From the NCBI GenBank assembly GCA_964016885.1, contig OZ024740.1, positions 173,662,001-173,726,000 of the forward strand: a stretch of DNA of 64,000 nt, read 5' to 3'. This document shows positions 14,516-25,694 of the stretch, piece by piece; position 1 is the first letter of the stretch, and each line of letters opens with the position of its first letter. Both the position numbers and the translations under genes were made by a program. The DNA comes from Eledone cirrhosa (taxonomy: Eukaryota). The notes below the pieces were generated by a model. The model did no database searches, had not been told where the DNA came from, and saw only the letters and a program-made list of their open reading frames with translations.

Positions 14516-14568
14516 TTCTTTTATTTATTTGTAATATATAAATATTATAAAGTATTAATTAATTTCAG

Positions 14569-14817
14569 CTGGACGTAGCCCAAGATGTGATGAGGAATTG
14601 CATAAATACAGAATTACTGTTGCCACTGCAGAATTCTGAAAGGAATTCCCAGCATGAACAATTCATTCCAGGTTCTGATAATGCTGATGTTACATTACAA
14701 AAATCTAAGAATCAAAATCAATCAAATAACTCAATTACAAATAAGTTAACGACTGACTCATCAGAAGTAAATTTGAGAAAAACTGACAAATCTGTAACCT
14801 CTATTGATGAGATGAAT
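14569..14817 (+). CDS. CCDC15: CCDC15-like gene, internal exon (LDVAQDVMRNCINTELL...SIDEMN)
   Basis: TTTCAG acceptor, GTAAGT donor, 249 nt open, phase 0-0, compatible with both neighbouring exons. Confidence 0.7.
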
Positions 14818-14862
14818 GTAAGTTAATTATTATTATTCTTTAACCTATATCAAACTCGATAT

Positions 14863-15050
14863 TAACCCTTTAGCATTTAAACTGGCCATATCCGGCCAGA
14901 ATTCTTTCAACTCTTTCTGTTCAAACTGACCACTCATACTGATGTTAAGGTATTGTTCTCAAAATAGATAATATCAAAATTCAATTTTATGTGAGATAAA
15001 GCCTTTACCGTGAAAATACAATAATAAATGTAGAGTAATGTGAATGCTAA
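14863..15050. mobile_element. TTAA-flanked (piggyBac-type) MITE; related copies at ~19257-19484 and a fragment at ~54533-54668
   Basis: Begins TTAA-CCCTTTAGCATT and ends ..AATGCTAA (inverted termini); same internal sequence recurs at 19257-19484 and in reverse at 54533-54650. Confidence 0.6.
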
Positions 15051-15604
15051 TATCTAATATCTTATATTAGGATACAAATTGAAGGCGATTTGACAGAATC
15101 AGCATGACATAGTGTGTGACAAAGTTGGGTCTTTGAATTACAGGTGCAATCCATCTAATGGACTTTCACATAGTTTCTGTCTATCAAATTTCTCTCACAG
15201 GCTTGAGTTGATATGAGGGTACGATAAAAAACATTTGCCCAAAATGCCAGGCAGTGGGATCAAATCTGGAGCCTTATAATTGGAACTAAAGGGGTGAGTT
15301 ATCAGATTTGCTAGAGCATTGAATTAAAGTTCAAATGCTACCTCCTGTCACTGAAAGGATGGTGAAATGATAAGACTGCCTCAGCCCATCATTAAAACAC
15401 CCATGAAATCTGAGATACAGTTTCATAGGAAGCTAGGTAAACCTATATTAAGTATGAGCTGTCACAATAGAAAAAGATTAGTTTATATGAAGCATTGTGA
15501 GATATGTAATAAATAATAAAGAGAGTGTTGGGAAAGCTGGTACAATGCAAATAGAAATATAAAGATTGATGACAAAACCAAAGAAAATTATGTGGTGGTG
15601 GTGT

Positions 15605-16355
15605 GATGGTCTACGTTCGTTCAAACTTTTCGGTAATTCCTTGCGTTGATTTGAACGAATCACAGGAAGAAGTTTTTTTCTGTGACATACGTATGACCAT
15701 GTCAACACTTCTGCTTGGTGTTGTTTATCGCCCCCCCCAAACTACCATCAGGACACACAGCTTTGCGATATCCTCAGAGTTGCTGCCAAGAAAACAGCCA
15801 CTTATGTGTTTATTGCAGGTGACTTCAATCATCCAGAGATCGATTGGGAAACCTTTCGTTGGCCACAAGGTGCAAACGATTTCCTTGAACTAGTGCTGGA
15901 CTCAAACTGGTCACAAGTAGTCACCTCTCCAACAAGAGGTGACAACACTTTGGACCTGATCCTCACCACTACTCCTGAAGTGGTTATCAGTTGTACTACT
16001 GAGGAACCTCTAGGCGACTCTGATCATGCTATGATCATTGCCAATCTGGCACTTGAGGGCAGCAACAAAAACCAGAGCCATCTCCAATCTGCTTGCTTTG
16101 ATTGGAAGAGGGCGGATTGGAACTTGTACTGCACTGAGCTACAGCGCCCAAACTGGCATGAGATGTATAACTCTGGAGATGTGAACTCTATACTCCAGAG
16201 CATCCTGGACACAATATGGATAGCATGTGCAGCATCAGTGCCACGGAAGCGGAAAAATAACCACCCCAAAAGTGCAATCTGGGAGACTTCAGCGGTCCGA
16301 CTTGCCAGGAAAGAACGTCGGAACGCTGAACGGGAATATAAACTGAATGTAAACT
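15605..16355 (+). mobile_element. CR1/L2-type LINE APE endonuclease fragment
   Basis: VVYRPP, AGDFNHPEIDW, PTRGDNTLDLIL, LGDSDHAMI motifs. Confidence 0.88.
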
Positions 16356-16389
16356 GAATGTAAATATAAACTGAATATAAACTGAATGT

Positions 16390-16593
16390 AAATTATTGTG
16401 TACAGTGCCCAGGTGCCCTACAGGTGCATGTAGTGTTGGTGAATTTCGGGAAGCATAGAAGTTTTGAAAGATGCAGTGTCCTGACAGCTAACAACTGATG
16501 CAGGTAGTTTGTTCCATGCTTCAGCAACTTTGAGTGTGAAAAAATGTTTCCAAAAGTCATGGGAGCTCTTACTGTTTTTTGACTTTGTAGGCA
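16390..16593 (-). mobile_element. CR1-type LINE 3' fragment, internally deleted
   Basis: Reverse complement of the CR1 C-terminus/3' UTR. Confidence 0.75.
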
Positions 16594-16905
16594 GTATGGT
16601 TCATATTTAGATTTAACTCATTTGTCATATTTCTAATAAAAATAAAATTTTGGAGCAATTTAGTAAAATAACTGAATTTTTCATTTAAGTTGGTTTTGAA
16701 CACAACTTAACAAAAAGTTCTGATAAAATTATGCTGGAAGGTTTTTAGATAAATATAAACACATTAGAACAAACAGTTTTGCATTGTAGAATCAGGCTAG
16801 ATTTCAGGCAGTTTGATATCAAAAGGATTAAAAAGTAAATTTAATTAAGGAGTCAAATGGGGAAATGGAAGTAACAAAATTCATAAAATGTATTGTATCT
16901 TCTAG

Positions 16906-16972
16906 GTGTTTGGAAAAATTTCATTTCCATTAGATTGTAAGAAAACAGTAAAGAATGTTAATAGTGACATAG
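16906..16972 (+). CDS. CCDC15: CCDC15-like gene, internal exon (VFGKISFPLDCKKTVKNVNSDI)
   Basis: TTCTAG acceptor, GTATGT donor, 67 nt, phase 0 to 1; supplies the phase shift needed to join 14817 to 19541. Confidence 0.62.
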
Positions 16973-17409
16973 GTATGTATTTTTTAACAGCTTGGAATTA
17001 TGTGGCCTTTATATTTATTTACTTAACTTTTCAAATCATTTTTAATCTCATAATCCAGGATAGATTCTTGAAAGGACAAACTAGAGATGTAGAGCACTGG
17101 AATTGGCACTCTGTCATCAAGACCTTGCTCTAAAAACATATGCAAGTATATTAATTCTCCTCACACACCCTCACCACTACCACCACCATCACCTTAGTCA
17201 CCATCACCACCACCATCACCTTAGTCACCACTACCACCTCCATCACTACCACCACAACCACTATTATTGCCACTACTACTACAACCAGCACTAGTATCCC
17301 AAATACCACTACCACTGTGTCCGTCACTAAGGAGGAGGGTGGCGTTGGATGGCACTTGACCCTGGTCTACCCTCAGATTTACAGTGATATGCTTATTCTA
17401 AAATTCTGC

Positions 17410-17750
17410 CTGAGAATTATTGCGTGTAGCTCAGAAATCAGATAGTCACTCCAGTAGAACTGCTACTTCTCCGAATTGAGAGATCACAGCTCCAATACTA
17501 TGGACATGTGATTAGAATGTCTTGGGAAAGGATCGCTGGACAGATTTTATGGGCAAAACCAACTGGCAGCAGACCCAGGGGTAGACCCTGAGAAAGATGG
17601 TTGGATAACATCCATGAGCTTGGCTTGGTCTCAGTTGGGGATCCAGCCAATCAGTTGGAGTTAGTTGCTTCTGACAGGATACCCTGGAAGGAGTATTTGA
17701 GGACTCTGCTTCCATGATCCTCTCAGGAATAAGTAGGTGAAGAAGAAGAA
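17410..17750 (+). mobile_element. 3' end of a second RTE-like LINE family; reverse copy at ~21710-21990
   Basis: QYYGHV..RPRGRP-like remnants and a (GAA)n tail; homologous sequence on the minus strand at 21710-21990. Confidence 0.6.
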
Positions 17751-17864
17751 AAATTGTTGTGAATCAGAGTGCCAACAAAGAATGTTCTGAAGCCCTCACT
17801 GAGCATCAAAAACCTGGTGATTGGCCTGACTACCACTACAATTACTATTATTATGTCAATAATA

Positions 17865-18635
17865 AAATAATAATAATAATGAAATTATTGTGTATAGTGC
17901 TCAGGCGCACTACAACTCATCAAAGGTGCATGTATAGTACATAGAATAATGTACAAATGTCAGGAAAGTGAACAGTGTATGAGTCATGATATACATGTGT
18001 GCGTGTGTATGAAGGGGGGATATCAGGTATAGAATTGGCGAATTTCAGGTAGCATGGAGGTTTTAAAGGATGAAGTGTCTCAGCAGCTAACAACTGATGC
18101 AGGTAGTTTGTTCTATGCTTCAGCAACTCTGAAGCCTCATGGAAGGTATTCGCTTGGTTGCACGTCTCTGAACAGTTTCCAGGAGGTCAATGTTCTAAGC
18201 AAGATAGGGGTTCCAGACTAGTGATGCACCATAGCTATATACAGCTTTAAATAGATCGCTAGAAGCGGCTGATAAAGGTCTTGCTGAGTGATGCCAAGAC
18301 ACCCTCAGCCTTCTTGACAATTTTAGAGAGGTGCTTTGTCCAATGCAAATCGCTGCTGACAGTAATGCCCAGGTCACGTTCACAAGAAGACTTGATATTA
18401 GTGTTGTGGAGGGAGTATGTGGACGCTGGGTTTTTCCTCTCAAAATGAATGGTGGTACACTTGTCAGCTTGAGTTGCCAGTCCGTGATCCATTGCTACAT
18501 TGTGCCCAGGTCTGATTGCAGGAAAGATCTTTAGTGTTCAGGATCTGATCTTTTTATCTCAAGGTACAGTTTGATGTCATCTGCATAATTCAGTACTGTG
18601 GCATTCTTTAAGTTGGCATCCATGTCATTAATATG
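17865..18635 (-). mobile_element. CR1-type LINE 3' fragment with internal deletions
   Basis: Closely matches 716-1705, including the shared DHGLATQADKCTT frameshifted reading. Confidence 0.88.
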
Positions 18636-19540
18636 TTTCATCTGTTTATCTGCTCACGTAAGTCTCACATCATTTTGCCACCTATTACAGATTTTTGTTT
18701 TCTGAAACCATCTTTTTAGGTATATCACTCCAGATCCCACACAAAATCAAAAACCCATACCTCCAAATGGCTTCACTCATGACTTCACTGAGGCAGTTCA
18801 GGTGAAACACATAACTTGCAATACTTGGAAAAAATCATACACTTCTATAGGGGCAGGGTTGATAAAATAAAGTACCAGTTCATGGTGGTGGATTAGTGGA
18901 ATTGTTAGAGTGTTGAATGAGATGCTTTGTGGTATTTGTTCCAGTTCTTTATATTATGACTTCTTGTGTAATAGATTTCATCACTCATTCATTTAACATC
19001 AACCATTAAGTTTGGGTGTCTTTAGCAGAATTCATTCTGTTGCAAAGCATCATGGCCAGATCTCTGGTGTGAGGATAGATTCATGGTTTCCTCTGACCAG
19101 TCTTGGAGATTTTAAGAAAAGTGAATGGTCATAGCCATTGGGCTCTTTCCATAACGAAACTGTAAAAATATTTAGTCTACTGTATCCCTATATGTTAAAA
19201 GAGTTGGCACTAGGAAGGGTATCCAGCTGTAAAAAAATGTCTAAAAAAGGATCCCTTTAACCATTTAGCATTTAAACCAGTCATATCTGGCCAGAATTTT
19301 CTCATTTCTTTCTGTTCAAACTGTCCGTAACCAGCTGCTCATACTGATGTTAAGGTATTGTTCTAAAATAGATAGTATCAAAATCTCATAGATTCGTTAT
19401 TATGTGAGAAAATTATGTGCGATAAAGCTTTTACCATGAAAATACAATAGTATATATAGAGTAATGTAAATGCTAAAGAATTAAAATGCTAGTTGTATTC
19501 TGTTGTCATTTTTGACCTTACAGTTCTGATTTTATTACAG

Positions 19541-19703
19541 ATGCTAGGGTATCTACAGTTCTATCAAGACAGAATATGAAAAGAAAAGAAAAAAAACAGC
19601 AAATAATGCAGCGTACATTAGCCCGTAAAATGTTTATGGAGATGGACCGTGAAAAAATTAAGAGAATTCAGCAGAGAAATAACTTGGCTGCTGAGATGTT
19701 TAT
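19541..19703 (+). CDS. CCDC15: CCDC15-like gene, internal exon (DARVSTVLSRQNMKRKEKKQQIMQRTLARKMFMEMDREKIKRIQQRNNLAAEMF)
   Basis: TTACAG acceptor, GTATGT donor, phase 1 to 2. RKMFMEMDREKIK resembles the CCDC15 motif RRLFMDIEREQVK (recalled). Confidence 0.78.
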
Positions 19704-20989
19704 GTATGTATTTCATATAGACAATTCTTTTACTGGTTTAACATTTCCAAGTGGTAGTTATTTTATCAATTTTTATTTGTTGAACTGTTAAGTTGCAGGA
19801 CATAAACACATACATAGACACACACAAACTTCATCATTTAATGTACACTTTTCCGTGCTAGCATGAGTTGGATGGACTGTCATGGAAGAAGTCAGTACTT
19901 AATTGGAACTGCTGTCTTTTCATCAATGGGCTGGGAGTTAACATCGCACTTAATCATATTCCAGTTTTGGCATGGTTTTTATGGCTGGATGCCCTTCCTA
20001 TCATCAACCACTTTACAAAGTGTATGAAGTGCATTTTATTATGGCACTAACACTAGGGAGGTTGTCATGCCTTTGAGTATACTGGTTGCACTTATATACA
20101 TATATATTTGATGGGTTTCTGCAGTTTCTGTTTACAAATTTTTGTTCATTAGGCATTGGTAAATCCCAGGCAGTAGTAGAAGACATTTGCACAAGGTGCC
20201 ATGTAGTGGGACTGAACCAAAAATCACATGGTTGTAAAGAAATTACCTTAGCCACACTCCCATATTCAATTATTATTTCATTAAATAAGACTTTTGAGTC
20301 AAGAAGCACAAAGGTGAGAGGTTTGCCAATAGGAGTATCATTTTTTTTTTTACTATTAATCTGATATTAAGATGTGTACCTTTTTTTTTACCCTATTTCC
20401 ATCTTCATTGTGTTTCAATTGGGTTAATCTCAAATCCTCATCAGTTCCAGGCTGGATTCAGACTACCATATGTACTTGTGTATAACACCCCACTCCCAAA
20501 CCACATTTTATATTTGAGAAATGGGCAAAAATCCAGTCCTCATGTATAAGCCAAGGCAGCTAATCAACACAGTATGTTTAGATGGTGTGGTTCTGTAAAT
20601 TCCTATGGGTGGAGAATATTTTTATGAAGTTTTAATATTTTGATATTTAAAAAAAAATTTAAATGGTATTTAGAGAATAGTTTTTGTTTCACAACTCCAT
20701 TACATAATGTTTTTTTTTTACCATTTCATCTATTTTATGAAATTTCAACAAACTTCTTGATTGTTTATTTATGTAACAGCTTATTATTTAACAAACAAAT
20801 TGAATGAAACATATGCCTTAAAAACCTTGGAAACCATTTAGTAGATCCAATTTTGAGAAGTTATTAAATACTCAAATGTTGTTCAATAGAAAAATAAAAG
20901 TTTATACGCCAAATTAACTGTAATATATAAAATTCACAGAATAATTAAAAACAAAAATTTAATTCAGATTATTATATGTATATAATATG

Positions 20990-21250
20990 TATCATCATCA
21001 TCACCGTTTTACGTCCGTTCTTCCATGCTAGCATGGGCAGTGTCTGGTCGGCTGACCATGCCTTGCTCATACAGGGACTGATTTTGGCTTGATTTCTATA
21101 GCTGGATGCCCTTCTTAACACCAACCTCATTTACAGTGAGTGCTGGGTGCTTTTTTGCCGTGGCCCCTCCACGACCACCTTGCAGTGGGAGCGTGTGGGG
21201 GCATATTGTCTATATGCTTCAACTTGAACCCATGGGAGGTCGGGTACGCT
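20990..21250 (-). mobile_element. RTE 3' UTR fragment
   Basis: Reverse complement of 6200-6527, with (ATC)n tail. Confidence 0.8.
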
Positions 21251-22142
21251 GTATTACTGTATACAATATGTATACATATATATATATGTGTTCGTATCTA
21301 TATATATATATATACAAACATACATATATTCATATAATCTGTTTACGTTTATGTGACCATAAGTGTATGTGTGTATGCCACTGTCTGTGGATGATTATCA
21401 ATTTATGAGTGTTTGTGTGTATGTTTATAAGTTCTTATATTTATTGTAACATTGTTTCAATGGACAAGATGCATTATATAAATAAATAAATTTTGTTAAT
21501 GCTTCGTTTTAATATCACAGAGAACTGAGGGTATATTCTGTGAGTGAAAATGGTATTCTTATTTCAATTGTATCAACATAATCATTATCTTTACTGACAA
21601 CAAAATGTATCTCTGCAAAATATACATTAATAAGTAAATTATGAGGATACAAAGTTAGGTGGGGGCAGTACACTGTATTTATGTTGTTGTCTTATGTATA
21701 TATATATATGTCTTCTCTTCTTCTTTGTCCACTTATTCCTGAGAGGGTCGTGGGGACAGAGTCCTTCCAGTGGGTCCTGTCAGAAGCAATTGTCTCTAAC
21801 TGATCTGACTGGATCCCCAAGTGAGACCAGCTAAGCCCATGGATGTTATCCAACCATCTTGTTCGGGTCCCCTGGGTCTCCTGCTGGTTGGTTTTGCCCG
21901 TAAAATCTGTCTGTGATCTCTCAATTCAGAGAAGTTGCAGCTCTACCTGGAGTGACTCTCTGATCACTGAGTTATACATGCTTTTGAGTAACATTATTCC
22001 AAAGACCCTTCAAAGGAACCCTATTTTGGCTGGTTGTATTCGCATTTGTATGCTTTCGGTCTTTATTCAAGATTCACGACCATAGGTAAGGGTTGGTATG
22101 AATACTGTATTGCATTTGGCTTTTACACCTACTTCCCTTGAA

Positions 22143-22471
22143 GGCTTAGTGGTTAGAGCATTGGCCTTGCAATCGAAAGGTTGTGAGTTCAATTCTCAGA
22201 CTGGGCGATGTGTTGTTTCCTTGAGCAAGACACTTTATTTCACATTGCTCCAGTTTACTCAGCTGTAGAAATGAGATAATAGTGACTGGGGTCCCTATCA
22301 TTCCACTGCAAAGTGGACGTGTAGGCGCCACGGAAAAAAAGCACCCAGCACTCACTGTAAATGAGGTTGGTGTTAGGAAGGGCATCCAGCTGTAGAAATT
22401 AAGCCAGAATCAGTTCCCGTCCCACCCTTGCAAGCAGGGAAAAAGCGGACGTAAAATGATGATGATGATGA
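22143..22471 (+). mobile_element. tRNA-head SINE with RTE-derived 3' tail; near-identical reverse copy at ~33955-34298
   Basis: A-box-like TAGTGGTTAG and B-box-like AGTTCAATTC, central domain (CCTTGAGCAAGACACTT...), then the RTE 3' UTR module and (GAT)n tail. ORF translations 22146(-) and 34047(+) are almost identical. Confidence 0.82.
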
Positions 22472-22880
22472 TTCCCTTCTTAGGATTACTGAACGCTGAT
22501 GCTGGCACATTATTGCACCAGCTCCTGCAATTCTTGCACCTAACTCAGCCTCCTGCCTTCCATCACTCGTGAACATGACCCCAAGATGCTTGAACTGCTC
22601 TACCTGCTTCAGTGGAACTTCATTCACATGTAGAGTGCACTGCGCAGGCTATCTTAAGAGGACAAGTGTCTCAGTTTTTGCAGCACTGATTTTCATTCCA
22701 GCCATGCAGCACTCGGCAGCAATCCTGTCTAATGCAAGTCGGAGATCAACTTCTGTTGAGTTAATTAACCCATGTCCTCTGCAAATCCCAGCTGACTGAT
22801 TTTATACCTGATACTACTTCTAACCAGGTCGCACATGTCAATCCTGTTCATGAAAATAATGAGCAGGAGAGGTGACAGTA
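22472..22880 (-). mobile_element. RTE-like LINE RT fragment (different family)
   Basis: Minus strand: LSPLLLIIFMNRI, LKQVEQFKHLGVMFTSDGRQEAELGARI. Confidence 0.7.
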
Positions 22881-24234
22881 TGGATAAATGGTGCCAAATC
22901 GAAACTATTCAATGTGGGATTCGTACTTCACCAAGGAAATATGTATATATATATCATCAACATTTCTATAGTTTGAGGTCCACTTTTTCTGCTAGCAGGG
23001 TTGTGTGTGTGTGTGTGTGTGTGTGTGCGCGTGCTGTTCCCACCTCAGTTTGTTTCCTTGCAACTTATGTAAAATATATTTTGCAGACATATTTTCTGAA
23101 TGGGTGCATTATGAATATGATAAAAACTTAAAAAAAAAAAATACTGTCATTTTCATTCGCTGAAATTACCAGAAGTACCTGTATGTATCACACCAGATAT
23201 TTTGGTACCTTTTTTTATGTAGATGTTGAAGTTGGTGAAAATCAGCTAAATATTGAATTTGAATATAAGTCATGCTTCCATTTTATCATCCATTTTTTTG
23301 TCATATTTCTCAATTTATACAAAAGTATATATGGTAAGTTTTCTAAACTAAAGGTAATAAGGAGTGGACTTGTGAATGGGGGATTTACCCTTTCATTATC
23401 ATATATCTAACGAGTTACACTGTATTTGAATTAATTAATGAAACATTTGGAAGGATTTATTAAAATTGTTAATTATTTTAATATTAAGATGGTGTTTGTA
23501 ACATAACTTAACAATAAAATTATGCTGAAAGATTTAAATTTAAGTAGGAACCTTTTAAAATGGAATCATAGCTGAAAGCAACTTAGTATCAAAGAGGTTA
23601 AGGCGTTTGCTTTACAATCACGAGTTCCCAGGTTTGATTACTCTATGTGGCATCTTGAGCAAATGTCTTTACCATAGTTTCAGGTTGACCTAAGCCTTGT
23701 GAGTTCCAGTTTGTTATACTGTGTCATGCTGATTTTGCTTGGTGTATGGAAAGAGTGTTGGAGAGAATGCTTTGTGGTATTTGTTCCAACTCCCTGCACT
23801 TTGTGTACACATCCTACCAAGGTAAACTTTACTTTTCATCCTTTTAGTGGTTGATAAATAAAGTACCAGTTAAGTACTTGGGTTGATTGTTTCTTTTTCT
23901 CTTAGTTGGCTATGTTTCTTTTTCTCTTAGTTGGCTATGTTGAACTGTGAGAAGGGTTATGGGTGATCATTTACAGCTTCAGCTTCTTGAGAAATATAGA
24001 AGGATTGAGTGAGGAGCTAGCAAGCCATTTTCATAGGAAAACTCATATATTACTGCAACCACCCAGGGTCAGCATGGAATAGTCTAATAAAAATTGTATA
24101 TAAAGTTTACGAAACGTAATAAGCTTGTGTGTCTTGAGGAAAAGAGAGTGGTGTGTGTGAGAAAGAGAGAAAGATTTCAATTGGGCGAACAACAATGTCC
24201 ACTTGTTTCATAGATTCTCAGCAGGAATGTACAG

Positions 24235-24915
24235 TTATTCCTACATCTCTGAATTGCGAAAAGTATATTTCTGCAAAATTTCATTAAAAAATATGCATTT
24301 TTTAGAAAGTTATGAAGAAACAAAGTTAAACTTTTACATTTACAGTAGAAGGGAAATAACCATGCAAGAATATGTCAAGGGAGGTAATTTATTTTAGTAG
24401 AAATTACGACGGTTTCCACCAAATTTGTTTCCTCATAACTTTCATAAAAATTCTTGTTTTAATGCAATTTTGCATAGATATATTTTCGAAATTGTAGATT
24501 ACGATTAAGTTGATATTAAAATATTAATTTTATTTAATGACTTTTGTTATTGTACACTGCCGTTTCTTAATGTTTTCATTTATTCAATGCTTTCGACCTG
24601 TACTTGTAGGAGGTTAAAAAAGGTTTTATCAACATATTCATAATCTACATTTTCGAAAAGGTGTCCCTGAAAAATCTTGTTTAAAAATGTATAATATTAG
24701 GAATGTTATAAAACATCAGCTCTAAACGGTAATTATGCTTCGCAAGTGTTTATTATTACAGTGTAAGGGAGATAACTGTCCAAGAATTAGTTATAAATAT
24801 TTTTTTAGTAGCGATTTGTTTTTCTCATAACTTTCTTAATGATGCACATTTCTTAACGAAAATTTGCAGTGATACACTTTCGACGGTATAGATTACGATT
24901 ATGTTGATGAAATTT
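24235..24915. repeat. Alternating inverted ~90-bp modules, probably subterminal repeats of a non-autonomous DNA transposon
   Basis: ~24240-24325 is the approximate reverse complement of ~24420-24515; similar modules recur at ~24625-24710 and ~24815-24910. Confidence 0.55.
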
Positions 24916-25107
24916 AAAATAAATACATAAAAAATTTTTTTTTAGCAAATCAGAATTGTAGAAAAATTGCATTCAACATTATCCTAAACGAGACTCATTA
25001 ACATGAAATTGGAAAGCATGATGAAAACTCTCCGATTTAGGGAATTTAGTCAATCATATCGCTACCTCAGTACGTATTATATCATAGTCATAGACTTGTT
25101 TTGTAGA

Positions 25108-25694
25108 CCTGTTTGTTGAAGAGAGGCAAGTGCCTTATTTGGGACGTCACAGTTAGTGACTCTTTTGCTTCTTCTCACATCCTGGATGCAGCGGTAAGTG
25201 CATCCGCAGCCGAACGGAACAAAATCCTAAAATACCGTGATCTGTCGGCTCACTACATTTTCCAAGCTGTGGCGTTCGAGACGTTTGGGTGAGTCGGGCT
25301 ACTGACTGCGTGATTCTTATCTTCACTGGCGGCTCGCCTAACAGATGTAACTGGTGATGCTTGTGAGGGCGCTTGGCTGTTCCAGCGCATCAGCCTGGCC
25401 ATCACCCGAGGTAACACTGCGAACGTGCTGGCTTGACTAAAACAATTATTAGAGGTTTCTCCACGCGATATTGTTATCTTTTGCTTTTATAGCGGCTCGT
25501 TTGTCCACCCCTTTCGCATGCCTTTTGTTGTATGTGGTCCTAGATATGTGTATTACCTGCTTATGTGTTATCCCCCCCCCCCTTTGCATATATTATATTT
25601 GTTTGTGTTTTCGTTCCGTAAGCTTTATATTATTATATTTTTTTTTATAAAACAGTGAATAAAACATTCTATACATTTGAAAAAAAAAAAAAAA
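25108..25694 (+). mobile_element. CRE-clade (restriction-like endonuclease) non-LTR retrotransposon, 3' end with poly(A)
   Basis: Translation RGKCLIWDVTVSDSFASSH..AAERNKILKYRDL..FQAVAFETFG*..WLFQRISLAITRGNTANVLA* matches the CRE-type C-terminal RLE domain; AATAAA ~25658 and poly(A) ~25680-25694; a smaller relic near 26705-26760. Confidence 0.8.

Noticed and set aside
17103-17294. His-rich ORF
   Set aside because: Translation of a degenerate (CAC/CAT)n microsatellite.
21521-21539. Possible 19-nt micro-exon (CACAG|AGAACTGAGGGTATATTCT|GTGAGT)
   Set aside because: Including it would break the phase-2 join between 19703 and 28247; no homology support.
22143-22205. tRNA-like sequence (also ~34235-34298 and 58016-58110)
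   Set aside because: These are SINE heads continuous with SINE bodies; no complete cloverleaf.
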